Notes under the pieces: generated by a model | What the model was told of the DNA's origin: nothing | The model's input: only the letters and a program-made list of their open reading frames with translations | The model's database searches: none | Assembly: GCA_964187785.1 (NCBI GenBank) | Contig: OZ076409.1 | Coordinates: 63,614,001-63,678,000, forward strand | DNA length: 64,000 nt | Direction of reading: 5' to 3' | DNA from: Amphiscolops sp. MND2022 | Taxonomy: Eukaryota | Made by a program: the position numbers and the translations under genes | Shown here: piece after piece, positions 1-14,000 of the stretch | How positions within the stretch are numbered: the stretch's first letter is position 1 | How the letters are laid out: each line of letters starts with the position of its first letter

Positions 1-1229
1 CCATCGTAAGAGCTTTTTTTCATATAGAAACAGGAAAAAATTCAGAACAGAAAACCTTCCCTCTTCGCCCCTGTCACCGAGGTACATTTTTAAAGATTCC
101 ACCCCTGAAATTTTTCGAACAGTAACTCAAAATGACAAAATGTTCAAAACATTAAAATAAATAGAGTTAAAACCTTCAACATACCACCCGACAGGTGAAA
201 CTATTTAACTGAGCTACGTGACAAAAGAAAGCAGTGACTAGGTATTCCACACACAGAGGACCGGAACAATTTCAGTACTGAATTAATTCAGCGACGTCAT
301 ATTATTAAGGCTTGAGTATAGCCGATACTCTACGGAGCTTGCAAAAACTTTCAAAAGACTAGACACTTTTTGGGTCTTTCAGATTAATTTCAGGCACTTT
401 TTAAAACTTTATAATTCTCCATTTAAAAAGTATGCCAACTAGCTAAACATGTTTCTCTAAAACTCTGCGATTTTTTGGGGAATTATTTCATAAGAAATTT
501 CTTTGTTTTAAAAAATTGGTACCAAAAATTAAAATTGTACCAAAAGTGCGTAACGACCAAAAAATCATTTTTTTTGTTTTGCAAAATTTTCAAATTAAAA
601 GCCTCAACTTGCCGTTACAAAAGTGTGCTAAGTAACTATTTGTTCTTTTGTCGAACTAAATATTCACACATACGAAAACATTCAAAAATAGTACCAAAAG
701 AACAAAAAAGATCAAAAATTTGAAATACGAACCTAATTTGTAGTTGCATTTTGTGGAATAACTTCCATCTTCTGAGTATGAAATTGGAGCATTGCAAAAT
801 CTGGAAAAACGCCGCGGCCTTTTTTTATATGAACTTCCCCTTCCCATTTGCAAACATGGGCGGGAAAATGAACACCGCCAGAAGATTAGCAAATTTTTTA
901 GCATCCAGGCTGAATTGATCACAAATTCCTTTTCTTGCTTTTATTCTTACATGAAACATCAGAAAACCAAAGCTTTTCTGCTTCCTTTCCCAACAGAAGC
1001 ATCCAAAAAACCAAAACAAAAGTTCGATTTGGTTTAAGGATATCGAGAAAATTTTTCTATCAAGTTAATATTTAAAACTTTTTGAAACACGAAAGTTTTT
1101 AACTACACTAAAATAATTTCAGTAATTGAAATTTCTCGATTAACACGGAAAATTATTCACAATGACTGAAAAATTAGTCCAATTTCTCAGATTTTTTCCC
1201 ACAAAGAGGAATAGCTGATTTCAAATACA

Positions 1230-2480
1230 TAAGTGTGAGGTGGCATTGCTCACGGGAATATTTCTAAGCTGTTTCCTGGTATTGCAATAACCAAGTTTGA
1301 ATAAAGAATCAATTTCTTCTTTCAAGTAAACAATAATCATGGCAACTTCTGGTAATCCTATATTTTCGAACTCTTGAAACAGTGCTCTGATTACAACTAT
1401 CAAAAAATTCGAGAAAATCAAGATGAAGCGGTCATGAGCGCTTTAAAATAACCAGGTGACAGAGAAAAAGCACAGTATAAGACAAAGGTGTCAGTCGTTG
1501 AAAAGCAGTGCACAATTTATCCGGGTCGGACATACAAAACCTTCAAGTCGATCATTGAAGGATAGCATTCTTAGAGCGAGTATTGTATTGTTCAAAAGAC
1601 TTGGAAATTCCTGGTAGTGCTTGAACAATCAAAAAATTCTGGTTGCTTCAAGTTCATTTTCCTAGAACGAAGTTGATACATATGCGGTCACTGTGAAAGC
1701 GGCATGCTGTTTTCCTGGTGTCAAGGCATCTAATTTGACATGGAAAAATGGACTGCCATTCATTAGAAATAATTCAAGTGAAGCAACCTGCGAACAGCTA
1801 TGTTTAGAAAAAAGAACATACCCTCTCGAATAGTTTTTATGCATGACCGCTTGCGCAAAGAATGAGGCGGAAAACTGAAACGTGTTTAGAACATCGTCAA
1901 AAACTGGCAAATTTCGGAAAAACGCATCTGAATTATAATTGGCTCCGGTCACAGCAGTTTTTAGTAGTCAAGTAACGAAGCTGAAATTTAAACAGGACTA
2001 CGCAGTTATTACTTGGGCGTACATTACATGCAATTAGGATTAAACGTGTGCCGAACATTATCCCATTATTTGATTTTGAATGTCTACTAAATGCACCTTT
2101 TCACAAATGTTGAGCATTCCAAGTAACGCGAAAAAAAAACTTTCAAACATGAAAGCGTTATAGACCAAGATAGAAACATATATTTGGAGAGCGTATATTG
2201 CGAAAGCAAAGAAAAACGAGCAGCCCGCTAACTTTAAGGACGATCAGTGCACGACATGTACAGCGACGAAGGTCGCAACCCTCGGTCATGTCCTTCACTT
2301 ATTAAGAAAACTAGAAGTACTTCTAGAAGACACGAAGGAACATTACAAGCTATGTTGTCAACTACCGTACGCCATGATAGTGTAATACACTTCAGTCCAC
2401 GAATCGACTGGGTACGCGGCTTGCCTTGCCGTAATATTCAAGTACCAGAGCCGAAAACCAAGACAAGAAAGTGATAGTTT
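1230..2480 (-). mobile_element. Highly degenerate pogo/Tigger-like (DDE_1) transposase relic
   Basis: Minus-strand fragments resemble the IYNxDETG (NYNSDAFF), KxRxTV and PxNxTxxLQPLD blocks, with many stops and frameshifts. Boundaries are approximate. Confidence 0.35.
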
Positions 2481-4571
2481 CAAGAAATTAAAGAGCCTAG
2501 AAGCGATCCAAATTATGTCATACAGTTCTTTTTTGAAAAACTCGGCCAGGAAAGAAATGTTTATCCAAATATCTCCTAGTTCCGGAAGCTTCCGACAATG
2601 CACTCAAGCATCCATCTGGCCATTTTCGTGCTACCATAAAGTTTTCATCAGAACGGAAAAGAGAATTTCATGAGACTGATTAATCTCAATTACAGTAGCT
2701 AATAGTTCACTCAAAATTGCGATAGGAAAAACTCGTTACTTGATATCAGTTACCTTATTTGGTGTTCTTGAAAAGAAATGCTTCGGCCGACTTCAAAACA
2801 TATATTTTTTTAAATAGCCAAAACTGACGAAATGTCGAAAACATCTTTTGATTTAGGCCAGCAGAACATTGATTTTGGCGCATTTAAAAGTATATTTCAG
2901 GTTCAGATTTTTGCATTTGCTTCTCAGGGTCAGCAATTTCATTAAATGAAAACTACCCTCGATTTGCACTGGTACTCAAAAAGTCCGCGGCGCTTTCTTC
3001 ACGAATAATGTAGTAATTAGTTTGAGTTGAATATTCCTCGAATATTCCTGGTTGAGTTTGAATACTCGAGTTGAATATTTCAAGTCTCATAACAGAGTCT
3101 GAAGTCTTCGGGGACGTACGCCTCCTACCCTCGCCCTAATCAGTGTTATATGAATCTCGCAAGTAATTCAATCGAAGTTTGCATGCACTTCGCCCCAAAT
3201 TGCGAACATAAATAAAATTAACATTTTCCACCAATCAAATTAATGTATTCAGTTCATTGTTGCAGCTTGAAAGTGGAAAATTTTCACTCACCCAACCAAT
3301 TTCACTCAACCCACATCTCCATATCTTTTTTCAAGAACATTATGAGGCTTATAAGTTGGTTCACACTTGGAATCCAATAAGAGGAAAAGTATCGTTAATA
3401 ACCATCACTTCAAGTAATTAATCATTCATCAAAATCTTTTAAAATCATGCTACTTCACTGAGTCAAGGTCAGGGTTCAGACATCGCTAATCAGGTGAATT
3501 TTTTTGCTTCCTTCAGTTGATTTACAACCACAAAATATAATTTAAAAAATCAAAGTGAGGTCACAAGACGCCACCAATAACCGGAGATATTCGGTTAGAA
3601 CTAGAACTTATTCAGATATTTCAGTGGTTTCAAGAAATCCACGTCACCATCAGCTGGCTTTGAGTAGACTTTTTACATAATCTTTTCGTGTATAGTAGTG
3701 TAATAGATTTATTACACTACTGTGTATGTCAGTTATCTCTAATTGGCGATGTCATAACCTTGGTCCTCATATTTTGGTTCAAAGCAATGTTGAAAATCAA
3801 ATTCTAAGAACAGGCAAAAATCATTAAGTAATAAATTCATTGGTAACCATTTATGGAGTAAATTCTGAGGTAATTAAAGTTCACACCTGTCTTTTATCCA
3901 CGTGAAACTTTGAGACTGAGGTAAATTGGTAGCGAGAACTTAAATGAACAACACTTTGTAAGTTGCCTTTCCCTGCCAGCTGAACGGATGATTGGTTTAA
4001 AGATTTGTTCAGATCTATCCTGAAGTATTATTTGTCCATGGTAGCGCTGTGTGTTCCCCCTCACGGCAAAGGAGAGGACCAAAACACCAGGAGTCGTCCA
4101 ACAAGTATGTCGAGTCACAAGTTGACGTAGAAGCAATATCCAACAAACAAAATTTCGGGCGAGTGAAAGATAACATTTTCACCAACTGATGCCCTAGTAA
4201 AATTTCCACAATGTTAGAAGTATAATAGTATTAGAAGTATGTGCAACTTTACAGACCTCTCCATGATGAATTCGTCCCAAACCCCTCAACAAATGAAAAT
4301 TTTCTCCGTGCCCACGGAGGAGCTGGGACTGGAGATAAAATAATACCGTCCTATGTAACAAAATACAGATGAATTGAATGAAATTTAAAGAAAACACCCA
4401 CATTCAAGTGAGACGACAATATTCATAGGAACTAGAAAAATGATGAAAATATCTATGGTATTATTATTCGGTGAAGTGTATGGACCCAATAAGTTGATGT
4501 GATGACAGTTTGTGTTTGCACTTCTCAGAAGCGCGTGACCTTCATTCACGATGTCATTAGGCAATTTGACC

Positions 4572-7500
4572 TCAAACAGGGTTAGACCCAGGAGGTGGGG
4601 TCACAGGGATAAGGAGACTAGAGAGCCCAGGAATGTAGTCCAATATAAAGGGCGGGGTCTTGTTGCAATGATCAGGGTCAGCGTAGAGGTAAGTGTAAAT
4701 AGCGTAGTAATGGCTCATAGCTCCTACAATCACAAACAGATGCCAGATGGCATGTGCGAAGGGCATGATTCCATCCATTTTGTAGAATGCCACGCCACCT
4801 GTACGCCAGTGTTGTACTGGCCAATTAAGCAAGATTTCGGACCAATTAAAATACTCAGCTCGATTGAAAAGAATTAATTGAGGCGTAAATTTTCAAATGA
4901 TTTGGCTCTGAAGCAGTGAAATTGCAAAAAAGTTCTTTCCCTTTTGTTTCTTCTAGGAACATAAAGTCAGATGACGCAGAAGCTCGCAAGCGCCGAAAAC
5001 GTTATAAAAATTATGAACGTTTTGTCAGTTCAATTCTGAAAAACAAGCCCGGAACGGCCCAACTCGGCGCCCGCCTAAGGTTCACAAAACAAACGTTTTC
5101 AAAATACGCAGAGACACTATTGTGAGAATGTTAACCAAATGTTAACCAGTGCTGGAAAATAACCAAAGGGACACCACCATGAGATTAAAAACGCTTCTTC
5201 CCAACTGCAAACATCAAAAATCGGAATTTTTTCAAGATTTTCTCTGAATTTTTTTCTTCGGAAAAAGTCGCACAGTGCCGAAAAAACTGTAGGCCTTTTC
5301 CGCAATTGAGAAAACTCTCATCAGTCCCACTGGACAAATGAAATGATCAAAAAGATCACCCTTAGGACTCAGAAAAATTTTCCTCACAGAAAACCTAGAA
5401 AAGCAGAAATAGTAATTTTAAAAATCAAAAAATTGTTTTTCAGAATTTTTTATTTTTCGGTAAATCGCATTGTGCCGAAAAAAACTACGATGGCTCTTCA
5501 TGCTCACAAAACGTTTTGTTTTCGCTTAAAGGAGGGCACTTCGATTGAAAAAAACTGCTGGAAAAAGTCGCATAGTGCCAAAAAATCACAAAGGGGGACT
5601 TCCTGGTCTCTCACTCTACTTTGGCAACCATACAAAAATTTGGGCTTAGTGCGAGACTCGAACCCACGTACTCCTTTTCTCGGGCCTCAGAAAATCTAAG
5701 TTAACCTTCATGCCAAATGGCAGTTAGAAGATACAAGTTACTACGAGCTGATAGAAATTTATAAAGCAGTCAGTTCGTCGGTCTAAAAAAGTCACTAAAG
5801 CGCCGACTAACAAGAAATTTCACGTCCAAGGCAAGCTATGAACCAGAGGAAGTGCCTAGTACTTTAGGACTTCTTTGCCTAAATCCGTCAGCATAGAACA
5901 GGTGGGACGGATCGCTTAGGCGTTTGAAAATCGAATATAATTTACTCGGCACTCCTTGAAAGAAGAGTAAACTCTTACATTGCCTAGTTCGTCTGCGCTT
6001 TTGGAAGAATTGGAAGAAAAACGACCAGACTCCTACAGTGACTTAGTTTTTACTCGGCGCTTCATGAAGTGAAACGCGACTATTTTTTTTTCAATCCACA
6101 CGAACTGACCAAAATAGTTCTTAAAAGTTCTACAAAATATTATTGCACCAAATTGCACTATTTGGTCTAGCGAACTGAACCAAAAAGGATTTTCCTGTTT
6201 TTCCGCGTAACATACCGTACCGCGCGAGACCAAGGGGTCCCCCCTTTCATTTTTTTCGGTACTGCGAGATTTTTTTTTCGAAAATTTTTTCCCCAAAGGG
6301 TCCCCCCTTTTTTTTGCTGTTTTGCGTCAGAATGGATGTTAGAAAATCCCAAAGGGTCCCCCTTACAATTTTTTCGGCACTGTGAGATTTTTTTCCGAAA
6401 ATTTGTTTTTTCTCCAAAGGGTCGCCCCTTCAACTGCGACAAAAATGTTAACAATTTCGGAAGTGTCCCCCTTTTAGCGCGTCAGGGGCTCGCGCTAGCG
6501 GGCCCCGGCGCGCCACTCGGTCCATTTTTTGTTTTTTCGATTTTGGAGTTCTGTAAATTGACTCTTGGAAGTCCTTCTGATATTTTTGAGCCTTGGATAT
6601 GGCGCCGACTTGGGACGGACTCGGCTTGTTCATTTTTAGTTGGAGCATTTTCTAAGAAAACGTGCCCTACTATTACCAGTTTTTTTCGTCAGACCACTGA
6701 ATGTATGTGTAGCGTCCACTTTTCAACAGTTTTTAAACTCCAGAGTTTGATCCCCAGTAGCCATGCGTACTTCCCAATCAGACGTCTGTCGGTTAGATGT
6801 CTTCCGAGTACTAAATATCTTTGTTTGAAAACGATGTCAAACGATCCACCCTTCGGTTTTTTCGGCAGTAACTTTTTCTTGAAAGTTTTTCATTTCACCA
6901 AAGTCTCCTTTTCCGTTTTCTCTCAAGAAAAGACGTTTCGAGCCTAAACGTTTCTCTAACAGAATATATATGTTACGGAAGTAATTTCAGTTTGGTTGAT
7001 TTCTGTGGAAATAATACTTTTTTGTATAAGAAGACTGAGTATGGCAAAATTTGTGGGAAAAACGCGACTGAGATACGCTTTTCTCATATATGTAATATGG
7101 GCGAAAATGACTGTACAACACTGCACCTATGTAAGCAGCACCTCCAAGTGCCAATTCGTGCCACCCGTTGTAGCAGATACTGCGTAGAATGATAGCCGCT
7201 GGGCATAGGCCCACTGCTATGTATAACACAACTTCCGCGTTTTGGAACTTTTCGGCACAAAATATTTGGAAAATGAGGCCAAACACGACTGTAAACCAGA
7301 TAGCATAGAGCACCATAACTGAAACACAGGTCGTCGTAGATATAAAATCTTCGTGGTAAACCATTTTTTTACTTATGCTACCTTATTAATTCACTCAAAA
7401 ATTTAAATTATATTTAAAAATTGCCAGCGTAGTTGCCAAAAACTCATGATTGGAACAAGAGTTTGTGCCCTTACTACAAGGAGGGTGTGTCAGTGAAAAT

Positions 7501-10256
7501 AATAAAAATAAATGCTTATCACTGTTGTGAAAATACATTAATACCCCACTTCAGAAATCAAAACTTCGAGCACCTTTTGTGATTTGCATTCATAGTTAGC
7601 TAACTGAAACATTCATTCAGTTTATTTTTCTCTGAAACAATCAATCAAAGCCATGTATGACGACAGTCTCGAAAAAGCTTCAGTCTTCAAATTAACACCT
7701 CAAAAAAGTAAATTAAGCCAGACGTGCACGTCAGGAAAACAGTAATGGAAACATTCATCACATTTTTGATAATTCTGGGGAAATGAAAATCATTCAAGAG
7801 AATTTGCCAGTCTAAAATTCAATCCAGTCTAAAAGCAACCCAAGATCCCGAAGCTACTCACAATGAAAAACTTTTGCTTTCACGATTTCCTAAATAATGT
7901 ATGATATTTGGTATTGGGTTCAGATCACAAAGTTGGGTTTAGGGCGAGACTACTTACATGGATCAAGAGCTTCATATTTGCGCAACACAAGCCATGGAGT
8001 ATAAGATGCCGCGATGAAAATGAAGATGGCCACTCTGTCGCCGACATGAGCCACTCTTCCCATTGTGCTTTTGTTGTGACCCAATAAAGACAGCAGATGG
8101 TGAACAGTTGAGAAAAGCAGTAGTTGAACGAGAGCACCTAAACCAAGGAATATCTGTAAGAATAAATGAGATTGAACAAGAAATGTAGTCTGGTGGCAAA
8201 TTTAAATCACACGTGTAGTGAATCCTATCACAAGCTGAAGTACTTCATTGAGATGCCTGTTATCTATTTGCCCACTTTGGAATGCATTTCTTGAGCCTAC
8301 ACATACACCCAAATTTCTGCGTACAACCTTTTTACTATATGACAGCTACATGAGTGTTTCGATAAGTCAACTTGTCATTATACACCACACAGACGTCATA
8401 CGAATGCAACACCCACCAGGGTTATGCAATAAAAAATTGCAATATTTATTGCTGGAAAAACAGACACTTGAAACGACAAAATTTACAAGATTCCCATCCC
8501 AAAAGCGTCTATTTATCTTCAAGAAAAGTTGTTCCTCTAGATTAATCGGCAATAAACGCTGTCTCAGCTCATTTGATACAAGTCCGGCAACACTAAAAAA
8601 TCTTTCCAAGATGTTACATGTGGTTGTTATGAAGCGTAAATCTTTGTGAGAAATGGAAATTTTGTCAATTTTCAATATTGCAATAATTGTAAATTTCACA
8701 ATCGATTTGTTGCAAATTGGAAAACCTGCAATCACTATATTGTTGCAATACATTGCAATAGATTTTCTAGATTCAAAACCGCTCTTCCATCGCTGAAGTC
8801 ACCTATCCCTAAGATGTTCCTGAGTAACGTCGTCTACCAAATTACTTGTCCTGGGTGCCAATCCAGCTACGTCGGGCAAACAACCCGCCACTTGACGACG
8901 AGAATTCAGGAACACGCCAGACCAGCCAGCCATGTGGGAAGTCACCTGAGGAACTGCTCGCAAACGATGCAAGATGCTGATGTTAACATTATCGACAGAA
9001 CCAATAGCAACGCCAAGCTACTCACTCTGGAAGCCCTTCACATATCCAGGAGAGCGCCGTCCATCAACCAGAAGGAGGAATACAGGACGCGCGAACTCAC
9101 TTTGAGAGTGTGATTTGTCATTGTTCCGATAAATCATTCGGCTTGATAATCTGTGTATCTATCCCATCTGTTTCAACTTTTTTCCACTAAATGGTGCTTT
9201 TTATTTTTAAAAGTTCCTACAACTTTTGCATTTGTATATTTTTTAGATTCTGATGATGGTCTACAAGACCGAAAACGTTTAAGTCAACTTTTCGATATCA
9301 ATCTTCTTTTTCCTGCAATAGATTTTATTGCAATAATCGATTGCGCATCCCTGACACCCACCATCTGTGGTCATGACGAAGCATTACGAATCAACTATTG
9401 GACACTTTCATTTAATTCATACCGAACAAAAAAGTGGCCAGCAATCACTCATTTGGAACTCAACTACACGCTTCTGAAAGTGGGGTACGAATCAAGGTAC
9501 TGTTGATGTTGAGGCGTAGAATATCGAATTGAAAGTTGATGTCTATCGGGTTAAAAAATTAATTAGTGGCAGAGGCAGTGAAAATCTCGGCCTCAAGTTG
9601 CTTCTGGCATTTGACCGTGAAGCAAACTCAGAAACAGCGTCTCTTAACTTTCTGACGCAACGACTCCAGAGAAAACAATTTTCGTTTCGATGCATTCAGT
9701 TGATGAAAGATTGTGGACTTTTTCGCTTAATTTTTGTTTGAGCACCAAATCAGAATTTCTTTCTTTTTGCTCTAGCCAGCTTTCTTGTCAGCTTTGTTGG
9801 AATTTTAAAAAATATAATCGAGGTCGAAAAGTCCTGTCATTTAGTATGTCCACGAAAGTTTTGAGCTCGTGAGTGAAAGGCCCCCAAGTGTATCACGGGG
9901 CCAGTTCTTCGGGAGGTGCAACTCAGAGGGGCGATGCTTCATAAGGTGACAAATACAATCAGAGGTGCCAATTGATTGCAGTATATTAAACAAAAATTCG
10001 ATACGATCGAAGGGCAACTCATGATCAACTTACCACCATAAAGAATAGCAGTTGCCGACTGATTCGACGATGTCGACGAATTGTACAGGACCAGTGACAT
10101 CCAGCAACAAGGCAGGATGAAAATGCCATGAGTGCAAGTATTAGCAACGTTTTCAACATACGTCGGCTGGTAAAATTTGCCATCTTTTGGTCTCTTATTC
10201 ATCCAGAACGGCGCATTCTCAACATCTACAGGGTTTTTCAAGTGATTATTGCACAT
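4572..10256 (-). CDS. MMD: MMD/MMD2-like PAQR-family (haemolysin-III related) multi-pass membrane protein; spliced CDS join(10034..10256, 7958..8137, 7127..7318, 4572..4798), 273 aa
   Basis: Four GT-AG bounded exons join in frame (223+180+192+227=822 nt). The protein has MMD motifs: [70 protein letters not shown]. An in-frame TGA lies just upstream of the ATG. The exon 3 donor (GTGCAG) is weak but phase-consistent. Confidence 0.93.
5042..5810 (-). mobile_element. Non-autonomous Helentron/DINE-1-like element in MMD intron 3
   Basis: One end is aacaagcccggaacggcccaactcggcgcc and the other aaagcgccgactaa (asymmetric inverted repeat plus terminal hairpin). It shares the internal gtcgcacagtgccgaaaa motif with the 30.9-39.2 kb array. 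Confidence 0.55.
6045..6630 (+). mobile_element. Second Helentron/DINE-1-like copy, opposite orientation
   Basis: 5' tactcggcgc and 3' ggcgccgacttgggacggactcggcttgtt, with internal aaagggtcccc and ttttcggcactgtgaga repeats. Confidence 0.55.
8767..9313 (+). mobile_element. 5'-truncated Penelope-like element (GIY-YIG endonuclease C-terminus plus 3' end) nested in the hAT
   Basis: Encodes [31 protein letters not shown]...LEALHI...PSIN. Flanked by the 13-bp duplication tgcaatagatttt (8754-8766 and 9314-9326). Confidence 0.85.
9245..9286 (+). ncRNA. Minimal type I hammerhead ribozyme (Penelope-associated)
   Basis: gatt-CTGATGA-t-ggtc(tacaa)gacc-GAAA-acgttta-agtc: conserved core, 4-bp stem II, palindromic aaacgttt stem III region, and stem I gatt/agtc. 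It lies in the PLE 3' region. Confidence 0.75.
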
Positions 10257-11088
10257 GATGGAACCGTGCGCTCAATCTGAAAATATCTAAAGGTTAGTTC
10301 ACCAGGGATTGGAAAGCCATAAAGGCCATAACCATATATGGCCATAAATATAGGGAAATTATTTATGGTACTGGGTTTAAAAATGGCCATTATTTATGGA
10401 AAGCCATCCATATATGGCACCCTATTTTTAACATATGATTTTAGAGTATAATTTTCAACCAATAATTTTTCAACTTATAATTTTCAGATTGACATGGATC
10501 TTCAAAATAAATCAGTTGTTGAGCTTTTCACTCCTGTTGATGATGACATTTTCAAGTGTCTATGCAATAAACGGGTTGTTAGAGATCGATGAAGGTCAAA
10601 GGACCATTAAAGGTCAACCATCTCAGACTATACCAGACTGAACTAATTTAGTATATTATTGTTGTTTGTAAACATGTACCTGTTATTTTATCTTCACTTG
10701 ACTGAATCACTTTATCAACCAACAACACAAAATAAAGTATTGACAATAACCACTCTTCACCAATATTCCGACAACCCAGCTACGACCAGAAGGAGCCCAG
10801 GTCCTAATAGGTTATGGGCCCAGCAATTTGATGAGTTTGCCTTTTCCTTAAAAAAACCTTTTTCTGCTTACTTTGACTATGCTCGTCTGATCTTATTTTT
10901 CGCTCTCCTTTTTTCCTTTCTGCGTCTCGGATATCCACAATTTTTGCTATTTATGCCGTCCGTTACCGCCGTTTCGCTTTCGCTAACTTTGTAGCTTATC
11001 TTCGTGGGAATCCCTGTTTTGCTGCCCTCATTTTTGTTTCAGTTACTTCTTTCTGCCTGTTTCGGGCTTTTGTTGGAGTTTGTGAGGG

Positions 11089-14000
11089 ATGGATCGACCT
11101 TTGCAGTATCTCCAGTTCTCTGGCAAGGAAGAAGACTTCACCGTGTGGCAGGAGCGATTCGAGGGGTGGGCGGAAATAGGTCGAAGGAACGGGATCGAAA
11201 ATCAGAGTTAGTCCTCAGGTCGACAATACCAATTTTTTGAATGGGATCGAAACAACTCGGATCGAAATTTTTATAACGTAGTCAGATATGTTCACATACC
11301 CCTAGTGCCCTGAATGCAGGTGCGAAGCGAAGCGGAGCGACGTGCCATTCGGCCATGCCTCAATGTTGCTACTTGGCGAAGGGAGCGAAGCGACCGAGCC
11401 ATACAACAAATACGATAAAATTCGACCGCATTCCATTCGATCCCTGTAATTCGATCAAAAGGGTCGACCTCAGTCCTTTCTACCAGAAAAATTCGATCTA
11501 TTTACAGCCACCCCGATTCGAGGGGTTCTGTTTCACGGAGAAGCTGCTGAACGTGCCGAATGGAACAGATGCTGGCACGAATGACAAGAAGTACGAAATT
11601 TGGGCGTACTTGGTACAGTGTCTTGACAGCCGCAGTATCCTGATGCTGACGAACGACTGCAAAGGTGATGGTCCGAAGGCATGGCAACTACTGCGGGACC
11701 ACTTCAACAGCACCGAAACACCGAGGTTGATGAACCTATTGGAGAAGTTCACAACCCTGCGTTTGGAGCCCACGGAGAGCATGGTTGACTACCTGACTCG
11801 AGCGGAGTATGTGAGTAAGCAGTTGGAGATCGCTGGTGAGAAAGTTTCTGAAAACATGTTGACTTCGATAGTTCTTAAGGGTTTGCCTTCCGAATATGAC
11901 TATTTCAAAACTGCACGATTTTTCGAAAGATAAGGCGTCTTTAGCGGAAGTAAACAAAGCATTAAAAAATTTCGAAAGTTCTCGTAACCTACAAATTGCG
12001 ACAGCTAGCAATGAAAATGTTGCCTTGTTATCCAAAGGAACTGTTGCGAAAAGTTCCGCGCGTAAACCTGAAAAGTTCAATGGAAAGTGTAGGCGTTGCG
12101 GTAAAAGTGGGCATAAACAAGCCACTTGTAGAGTATCCCAGTGTAACTTTTGCAGGCGTTTTGGCCATGAAGAGAATAAATGTTTCAAGAAAAACCCTCT
12201 TTTGAACCCTAAGTCAAGTGCTGAGACAGGAGAGTCAAACCTAGCTGAGGACTTAGTTTTCTTTTGCGATGGTAGTGAGACTGCACTCACTAGCCAAAAA
12301 TGCGAGGTGAAAGAGCACACTTTGGTCATCGACTCTGGTGCTTCGTCGCATATGTTTTTTGACCGTTCCCTGTTCTTCGACTTTAGCGAAGAAACACAAC
12401 GCAAAGTAAAAAATGCGAATGGGACTTTTTCGCAAGTTGAGGGTGTTGGAAAAGTTTCTCTTTTACTTTTGGACAAAGAAGGGATAGAACGCTGTGTGAC
12501 ATTTTCCGACTGTGTTTTTCTTCCTGATCATTCCCATAACTTGATCAGTGTTAGCAAGTTGAGACGAAACGGGGCTCAAGTGAATTTCGGAAAAACTCTG
12601 AGCATTTTTGTCAATGAAAGAGCAACTATTCCCTTTGAAGAGCACGCTAATCTTTACGTTTTGAAAGGAAAGACATTTGATTTTTGCTCTTTTTCCGGCG
12701 AAAACGAAAAAGCGGTGTTGTGGCATCATCGCCTTGGTCACAACAATTTCAAAAATGTGAAACATTTGGCTCATCATGTTTCGGGGATGAGCTTGAAACA
12801 CAGTGCTTTTGATAAACTTTGTTGTTGTGAAGTTTGCAAATTTTCTAAGTCACGACGGCAACCAGTATCGCGAAAAATGGAGAAACGAAAATCTTCAAAA
12901 CTTGATCTCGTCTTCAGTGACATTTTGGGACCGATGCCAACTACTTCGCTTGGTGGCAATCGATACGCTATTTCTTTTACGGACAGCTACAGCAGGTACT
13001 CAGCGGTATATTTCCTCAAATCGAAAGAGGAGTGCCTAGATGAATTCAAAGTTTTTTGTGCGCAAGTGGGAGCGCCCAGAGCAGTCCTTTCTGATAATGG
13101 GAAAGAGTACATTTCCAAGTCTTTTCGAAGTTTTTGTATATCAAACCGAATCAAACGTGAGCATACTGCCCCTTATTCGTCTCATCAAAATGGCGTGAGT
13201 GAACGTCGCTGGCGAACAACAGTCGAAATGGCTCGCTGCATGCTAAAAACAGCAAAACTCGGCAATGAATTTTGGGTTCGGGCCTTACACACTGCTTTCT
13301 ACATTTCAAATCGTTGCCTCACAGTTAGTTTACCAAAAGGTAAAACGCCCTTCGAAATGTTTTTTGGTAAAAAACCAGATCTTTCCAACTCGAAAGTTTT
13401 TGGATGTACTGCTTTCAAACACATTCAAACGCATCAAGACAAACTTTCCGATAAAGCCACCAAAGAAGTTTTTGTTGGTTTTCCTGAGGATTCCGAAGCA
13501 TACATTTTGTACAATCCTTATTCTAAAAAGACTTCGTTTTCTCGCAACGTCTCCTTTGATGAGACTTCTTTTGATTTTTTTGCTGCGCACCCAAGTCAAA
13601 ACATCCGAGCATTTGTAACCAAAAAACCGGCACCGAAAGTTTTGACTGAAACACAGAAACATTTTTGCGAAATGTCTTCAGTTCCTATTTTACCGACTGG
13701 AACATTGAAAGATTTCGAAACTGAACAACTCCTTACCCCGTTGATGTTGCTTCATCTGAAAACATTGATGCCAATGAAAGTAGTGCTTTTTTGCGGTCTC
13801 GAAGTGGGAGATTTATCAAACCGCCTGCGTATCTAGACGACTACGTTCTTTTAACGGATGACGGCGATGAGAATCTAACTGATCGTGAAGCGATGAAGTC
13901 ATCGCTTAAAAGCGAATGGATCGAAGCTACTCAAAAAGAGTACGATGCGCGCATTGAGAACAAAAACTGGGTGCTTTCTCCGCTTCCCCCGGGCCGAAAA

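Larger units (their letters stand above)
8417..9353 (-). mobile_element. Internally deleted hAT transposon in MMD intron 1
   Basis: 8-bp TSD acacccac (8409-8416 and 9354-9361). TIRs cagggttatgcaat / attgcgcatccctg. hAT C-terminal dimerisation fragment [14 protein letters not shown]...[14 protein letters not shown] at ~8480-8645. Confidence 0.85.

Noticed and set aside
6336..6947. 203-aa ORF and similar K/F-rich ORFs at 30.8-38 kb, 41443-41958 and 44313-44828
   Set aside because: They are translations of low-complexity non-autonomous repeats, cross element boundaries, and show no recognisable domain.
6987..7126. Alternative MMD C-terminus by read-through of the weak exon 3 donor
   Set aside because: It would delete the conserved HAIWH helix, and nothing beyond an open frame supports it.
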